Assembly: GCA_964484795.1 (NCBI GenBank)
Contig: CAZAFN010000004.1
Location: forward strand, 13-64,012
Source of the DNA: an uncultured Alphaproteobacteria bacterium
GTDB lineage: Bacteria > Pseudomonadota > Alphaproteobacteria > Methylaequorales > Methylaequoraceae
Length of the DNA stretch: 64,000 nucleotides
Direction of reading: 5' to 3'
Of the stretch, positions 60,100 to 64,000 are shown in pieces. Position 1 is the first letter of the stretch. Each line of letters begins with the position of its first letter. The notes under the pieces are model-generated. The model saw only the letters and a list, made by a program, of their open reading frames with translations. It searched no databases and had not been told where the DNA came from. The position numbers and the translations under genes were made by a program.

Positions 60100-61337
60100 T
60101 TTAACATATCCTCGTATCTGAAAAATTTAAGCAAAGTTCCCTTTGAAACATTTGTTTTTTTTTCATCTATTTCAATGATTCCATCACTTTGACTTATTGA
60201 TGAGATTATTCCTGAACCAGTTGTATTAAATTTTTCAAGAACTTGCTTGTTTTTTTCTAATTTTATGGATCCTCGTAACCATTCTCTTCTACCAATTTTT
60301 TTTTTCATTGAAAAATTGGCAGGTAAGATTCTTTCTATTATTTCATTTTTTTTTATTCCAGATAATTTTTTAATATAATCAATTACCAACATAAAAAAAG
60401 TCACTATAACAGCCACTGGGTTGCCTGGAAGTCCGATAAAAGGCTTGCCTTTTATCATTCCAAATGCAAATGGTCTGCCGGGTTTGATTGCTAATCTCCA
60501 AAAAGCGATTTTTCCACACTTCCTAAGTGTTTTGCCAATTTTATCCATCTTACTTTGGGAAACTCCACCACTTGTTAAAATTAAATCATATTTTTCAGCA
60601 CATTTTAAAATTTTACTCTTTGACTCATTAAAGTCATCTTTTATTATACCAAGATCAAATGAATCGCATCCAATTCTCTTGATCAAATTAAGTAAAGATA
60701 TTTTGTTAGAATCATATATGTCGAATTCTTTTTTTTTAGAGTTTGCTAATTCATTGCCTGATGAAAAAACACCTACCTTTAGTTTTTTTAGTACTTTTAT
60801 TTTTTTTAGGCCTAATGATGATAATTGTGAAAGATCAACTGAACGAATTTTTTTTCCCTTTTTAAATGCAACTTTATTTTTTTTAATGTCTTCTCCTCTA
60901 AGTCTTATATTTGAACCTTTTTTTGGTATTCTAATGATTTGAATATGATTGCCAGAAATTTTACAATTTTCTTCCATACAAACAGTATCAATCTTACTGT
61001 CCTTAAAATCAAAAATATATGCTCCAGTATAGATTCTTATGGCTTCCTTTTCTTTTAATCTGCCCAAAAATGGTTTTCCTGGGAAAGATTCTCCAATAAT
61101 TTTAAATTTTTTTGTTTTCTCACCCAGTGACTTGTGAGTAAAAGCGTATCCATCGACTGCAGCATTATGGTGCTCAGGAATATTAAATTTTGCATATATA
61201 TTTTCCGCTAAAACTCTTCCTTCACATTGATTGATTCCAATGGTTTCTGTCTGGATTATTCTTTTAGCATTTCTAAGCATTATCTTTCTTGCTTGATTAA
61301 CAGAAATTAGTTTTTCATTTGTGCTAAATTTTTCCAT
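60096..61337 (-). CDS. moeA: Molybdopterin molybdotransferase
   Basis: 413 aa with a central MoCF-binding domain (LTSGGVS) and a GLPGNPVA motif. Confidence 0.85.
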   Translation of the reverse strand: MEKFSTNEKLISVNQARKIMLRNAKRIIQTETIGINQCEGRVLAENIYAKFNIPEHHNAAVDGYAFTHKSLGEKTKKFKIIGESFPGKPFLGRLKEKEAIRIYTGAYIFDFKDSKIDTVCMEENCKISGNHIQIIRIPKKGSNIRLRGEDIKKNKVAFKKGKKIRSVDLSQLSSLGLKKIKVLKKLKVGVFSSGNELANSKKKEFDIYDSNKISLLNLIKRIGCDSFDLGIIKDDFNESKSKILKCAEKYDLILTSGGVSQSKMDKIGKTLRKCGKIAFWRLAIKPGRPFAFGMIKGKPFIGLPGNPVAVIVTFFMLVIDYIKKLSGIKKNEIIERILPANFSMKKKIGRREWLRGSIKLEKNKQVLEKFNTTGSGIISSISQSDGIIEIDEKKTNVSKGTLLKFFRYEDMLN

Positions 61338-61842
61338 TTTTTGTATAATCTAATATGAAGTCAGCTATTTTTCTTGTTTCATTAAATTTAAATTTTGGCA
61401 AATCTATTTTAGATAGTTTTGTGAAAATTTCATCAAAGACTATAGCCTTGATATAGTCATCATTTTCACATATTAATGGTTTTGAATTTTTTTTTCTAAC
61501 AACTTCCAATTTAGGTGTTTTGTTATGCTTTAAACCTTCTACAAGGATTACATCAGTTTTTTTTGAAATTTTTTTTATAATTTCATCAAATCTAATTTTT
61601 TTTGTTTGCAATGCACTAATTTGAGCCCATTTTTTTTCGTTGAAAATTATTACTTCATTTGAACCTGATTGTAGATGCTTAAAACTATCTTTGCCTTTTT
61701 TATCTATTTCAAATGTGTGATGTGAATGTTTTATTGATGAAACACAAATTTTTTTTTTTGTTAAGTATTTTATTATTCTGCAAGTTAGATCAGTTTTTCC
61801 ACTGCCACTCCACCCAACAATTCCAAAGACTTTATTATTCAT
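61324..61842 (-). CDS. mobB: Molybdopterin-guanine dinucleotide biosynthesis adapter MobB
   Basis: P-loop GWSGSGKT. 172 aa. Confidence 0.8.
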   Translation of the reverse strand: MNNKVFGIVGWSGSGKTDLTCRIIKYLTKKKICVSSIKHSHHTFEIDKKGKDSFKHLQSGSNEVIIFNEKKWAQISALQTKKIRFDEIIKKISKKTDVILVEGLKHNKTPKLEVVRKKNSKPLICENDDYIKAIVFDEIFTKLSKIDLPKFKFNETRKIADFILDYTKNGKI

Positions 61843-62393
61843 TTAAACAGTTTCAAATTTTTTCTAAAATAAATATATCCAGTGTAAATTGTAAGAATAG
61901 ACGCGATAGTCAATCCAATGCAACCAATATGCAATATTAACATTGTTGAAAAATTATCTGCTACAATCAAAAAACCAAGAGATGTCATTTGTATAACGGT
62001 TTTCCATTTGGATAGCTTGGTAACAAGAAGAGTTTCTCTTGTGTTAAAGAAAAAGTCTCTTAACCCAGAAACCAAAATTTCTCTAAGTATTATTATTAGG
62101 GCAGGGTAAATAAAAAAACCATCAATTTTATTGTGAACGACGAGCATAAAGATTACAGCTACCACTAATATTTTATCTGCAATTGGATCAAAAAATCTTC
62201 CAAAGTTAGACTCTATTTCAAATTTTCTAGCTAGGAATCCATCAAGGAAATCTGAAAAGCAAGCTATAATGTAGAATAGAAGCGCAACCCAATGATGATT
62301 AACTGTTTCAGACTCCATACAAATTATTATTCCTGGGATTAATAAGATCCTAAGGAAAGTTAAAAAATTTGGAATATTATTTTTACTAAACAA
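61839..62393 (-). CDS. pgsA: CDP-diacylglycerol--glycerol-3-phosphate 3-phosphatidyltransferase
   Basis: CDP-alcohol phosphotransferase motif DxxDGxxAR...G...D...D (DFLDGFLARKF ... DPIADK). Confidence 0.85.
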   Translation of the reverse strand: MFSKNNIPNFLTFLRILLIPGIIICMESETVNHHWVALLFYIIACFSDFLDGFLARKFEIESNFGRFFDPIADKILVVAVIFMLVVHNKIDGFFIYPALIIILREILVSGLRDFFFNTRETLLVTKLSKWKTVIQMTSLGFLIVADNFSTMLILHIGCIGLTIASILTIYTGYIYFRKNLKLFK

Positions 62394-64000
62394 TTTTATT
62401 AAACTCCTTATAAATAATTATTGCAATTTTCTCTCCAATACCAGGTGTTTTTTTTAAATCCTGCAAACTTGCTGTTTTAATATTTTCTATAGAGCCAAAA
62501 TAAGACAGAAGATTCGACTTCATTTTTTTCCCTACACCTTTGATACAGTCAAAAACAGAATTGTTCAATGATCGTGATCTTCTAATTTTCTGAGATGTAA
62601 TTGCAAATCTATGAGCTTCATCTCTCAGTCTTTGAAGAAAAAACAATTCCTTATCTTTTGTATTGAAATTGTGGTAGTGGTTTTTTGAGTAAATAGTTTC
62701 ATTTCCAGCATTTCTATTTTTCCCTTTGGCTATGCTAATTATATCAATGTTTTCTATTTTTTTTTCTTTCAAACTTTTGTATGCAACATTTAAATGTCCT
62801 TTGCCACCATCAATTATTATTAAGTTGGGCAGATAATTCTTCCATTTGGTAGTTAATGTGAAACGTCTATTTAACATTTGAGATAACATAAAATAATCAT
62901 CATTCAATCTTTCATTATCTGAAATAATATTAAATTTTCTGTACGATTTTTTTAAAAAACTGTTATTTTCAAAAACAACCATTGCTCCTACTGGATTGCT
63001 TCCACTTAGATGACTATTATCATATATTTCAATCCTGAAAGGGAAATTATTTAGTCCTAAAATATTAGATATATTTTTTAAGATTGTAGAAGTTTCTTGT
63101 CGACTGATGGCATTGTCTTTTAGACTTGCAGCAATATTGTCTTCAACCATATTTAAAATAGATAATTTTTTGCCCCTATCTGGTTTTTTAATCTTAACAA
63201 TATATTTTGTGTTTTTAGAGATTATGGACGAAACCACATTGATTTCTTTTAGGCTATGATTAATTAAAATCTCTCTTGGAGCAGTATTCTTTGAGTAAAA
63301 AAAAATTAAAAATTGACTAAGAATTATTTTAGGATCATCAATAATATTTTCCATATAGAAAAATTCTTTATTTCCTAAATTTTTGCCAGATCGAAAAAAA
63401 AATATTTGAATACAAAATTGTTCGTATTTCTTAATGCAACAAATAACATCAAAATTTTCACTATTATTTAAATCTGAATGGTTTTCATTAGAAATTTTGG
63501 TTAAAGCTTTAATTCTATCTCTAATTGATGCAGCCATTTCATAGTTTTCTTTTTTGCTTTCAATTCTCATTTTTTTTATTAATTCATTTTTGAGAAGTGA
63601 ATTTTTTCCTTTTAAAAACATAATTGCATTGCTTACTAGATCTAAGTAATTTTTCTTGCTTATTAAACCTACGCATGGAGCACTGCATCTTTTAATTTGA
63701 TACAAAATGCAAGGCCTCTTTCTATTGTTAAACTCAGCGTCAGAGCAACTGCGAATCAAAAAGGCTTTTTCTAGTTGTTTAAGAACATTGTCAACAGCAT
63801 TGACATTTGCAAATGGACCAAAAAATGTATCATTTTTATTTTGTTTTCCTCTAAATTTCCGTATTCTAGGCCAATCACTTTTCTTACTTATCATTATATA
63901 GGGATAACTTTTGTCATCCATCAATCTAATGTTAAACTTTGGTTTAAGTTCTTTAATTAAATTGTTTTCCAGCAAGAATGAATCTAGTTCTGTAGGTGTT
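62386..64000 (-). CDS. uvrC: Excinuclease ABC subunit C (N-terminal GIY-YIG end lies beyond window)
   Basis: A UvrBC-interaction region, the RNase-H-like endonuclease domain (YDNSHLSG) and C-terminal (HhH)2 (PGIGEKIA). The reading frame continues open to the window edge. Confidence 0.9.
   Translation of the reverse strand, partial: TPTELDSFLLENNLIKELKPKFNIRLMDDKSYPYIMISKKSDWPRIRKFRGKQNKNDTFFGPFANVNAVDNVLKQLEKAFLIRSCSDAEFNNRKRPCILYQIKRCSAPCVGLISKKNYLDLVSNAIMFLKGKNSLLKNELIKKMRIESKKENYEMAASIRDRIKALTKISNENHSDLNNSENFDVICCIKKYEQFCIQIFFFRSGKNLGNKEFFYMENIIDDPKIILSQFLIFFYSKNTAPREILINHSLKEINVVSSIISKNTKYIVKIKKPDRGKKLSILNMVEDNIAASLKDNAISRQETSTILKNISNILGLNNFPFRIEIYDNSHLSGSNPVGAMVVFENNSFLKKSYRKFNIISDNERLNDDYFMLSQMLNRRFTLTTKWKNYLPNLIIIDGGKGHLNVAYKSLKEKKIENIDIISIAKGKNRNAGNETIYSKNHYHNFNTKDKELFFLQRLRDEAHRFAITSQKIRRSRSLNNSVFDCIKGVGKKMKSNLLSYFGSIENIKTASLQDLKKTPGIGEKIAIIIYKEFNKIV

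Noticed and set aside
1-64000. CRISPR arrays, rRNA genes, IS elements, restriction-modification or toxin-antitoxin modules
   Set aside because: None were seen. No regularly spaced direct repeats, no transposase or integrase ORFs, and no methyltransferase/endonuclease pairs.

Overview
This is a very AT-rich (about 29% GC), tightly packed alphaproteobacterial chromosome segment with SAR11/Pelagibacter-like gene content. Genes abut or overlap, Shine-Dalgarno sites are weak, and long poly-A/T runs occur inside ORFs. Most of the window is core housekeeping:
- An aa3 cytochrome oxidase accessory cluster (ctaD 3' end, ctaB, ctaG, ctaE, SURF1).
- thrC, thrB, rnhA and rnhB.
- A long minus-strand run: DciA-like, DsbA, smc, then the alpha-type F0 operon atpI-atpB-atpE-atpF'-atpF.
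- mutY, ETF-QO, ispE, a tRNA-Gln and amtB.
- hemF, the bc1 complex (petABC) and methionine-salvage mtnP/mtnA/mtnB.
- ychF, pth, rplY (L25), prs, lgt, proC and ilvE.
- Molybdenum-cofactor genes (moaB; moaE/moaD/moeA/mobB), pgsA, a 5'-partial uvrC, and two OmpR-type two-component systems.

The stand-out region is at about 20.4-27.9 kb. It is a complete periplasmic PQQ-dependent alcohol dehydrogenase module, inserted between rnhB and moaB/udg. It comprises a signal-peptide quinoprotein ADH with a DxD (lanthanide-type) signature, a diheme cytochrome c, a PQQ-system-type solute-binding protein and a YVTN beta-propeller. Secreted pentapeptide-repeat, Sel1 and ankyrin proteins and an alpha/beta hydrolase sit in the same block. 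No pqq biosynthesis genes are present in the window.

Five further observations are worth a second look:
- thrC is split by a frameshift inside an A12 homopolymer.
- A DASS transporter, a GT4 glycosyltransferase, a PIG-L deacetylase and an MprF-type flippase-domain gene form an operon immediately downstream of tRNA-Gln. This suggests an amino-sugar glycolipid pathway.
- An unannotated 31-aa membrane peptide gene lies between ctaB and ctaG.
- A ScsB-like DsbD is translationally coupled to a peroxiredoxin.
- A sigma-54 -24/-12 element with an NtrC-type TGC-N11-GCA site lies upstream of amtB.
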